Assembly: GCF_037042905.1 (NCBI RefSeq)
Contig: NC_087245.1
Coordinates: 13,022,001 to 13,086,000, forward strand
Source of the DNA: Lytechinus pictus
Taxonomy: Eukaryota
DNA: 64,000 nt
Direction: 5' to 3'
Below are positions 63,743 to 64,000 of this stretch, piece by piece. Below the pieces are notes generated by a model. The model was given only the letters and a program-made list of their open reading frames with translations, was not told the DNA's origin and made no database searches. The translations under genes and the position numbers were made by a program. Every line of letters begins with the position of its first letter. The stretch's first letter is position 1.

Positions 63743-64000
63743 TCACAAGAAGCTTCTGTAACATTGTTGAGCTTCGTTCTGTATTGTCATGATTGTTATG
63801 TAATGCAGTTTTTATTCATAACATTGACAGCGCATGTAATGTGTTTTGTGTATGGAGTACAGCCCGAGCTTAACTTTTTTGTCCGATTTTCTGAATAAAA
63901 CAAAATGTTCAGCCAAAGAAACAGCTTTTTTTCTCATATTATTGTGAACGTCTTTATTGTGATCTGTTGTCAAGTTTAACACAGGGGCATGGTTCCTACC

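Overview
AT-rich, intron-rich animal genomic DNA. The repeat families and gene models suggest an echinoderm, probably a sea urchin (inference). Two spliced protein-coding genes lie on the + strand. The first is the last two exons of the Golgi SNARE GOSR2/membrin (1659-1799, 2434-2595). The second is a complete four-exon Wnt9 (19084-19193, 43984-44210, 55749-56023, 58215-58700; 365 aa), with GT-AG boundaries and consistent phases throughout. The rest is a dense record of mobile DNA: a decayed pogo/Tigger-type transposase, TTAA-flanked Kolobok/T2-type MITEs, CWG-flanked Harbinger-like MITEs, CACT-ended EnSpm-like MITEs, a Tc1/mariner-like element, a Helentron/DINE-like element with a central tandem array, a TU/foldback-like element, tRNA-derived SINEs, and mini- and microsatellites. 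The most notable observations are the GOSR2-Wnt9 adjacency (also neighbours in human), a probable decayed Vps4/katanin-type AAA remnant in Wnt9 intron 1, a TE-borne array of perfect DR1 nuclear-receptor sites, paired TCF/nuclear-receptor motifs in intron 3, a 29-bp TIR-only element with a perfect TSD, and a three-tier TE nest. I found no CRISPR array, no functional RNA gene and no convincing novel multi-gene system. All family assignments come from reading the sequence by eye; no database search was run.
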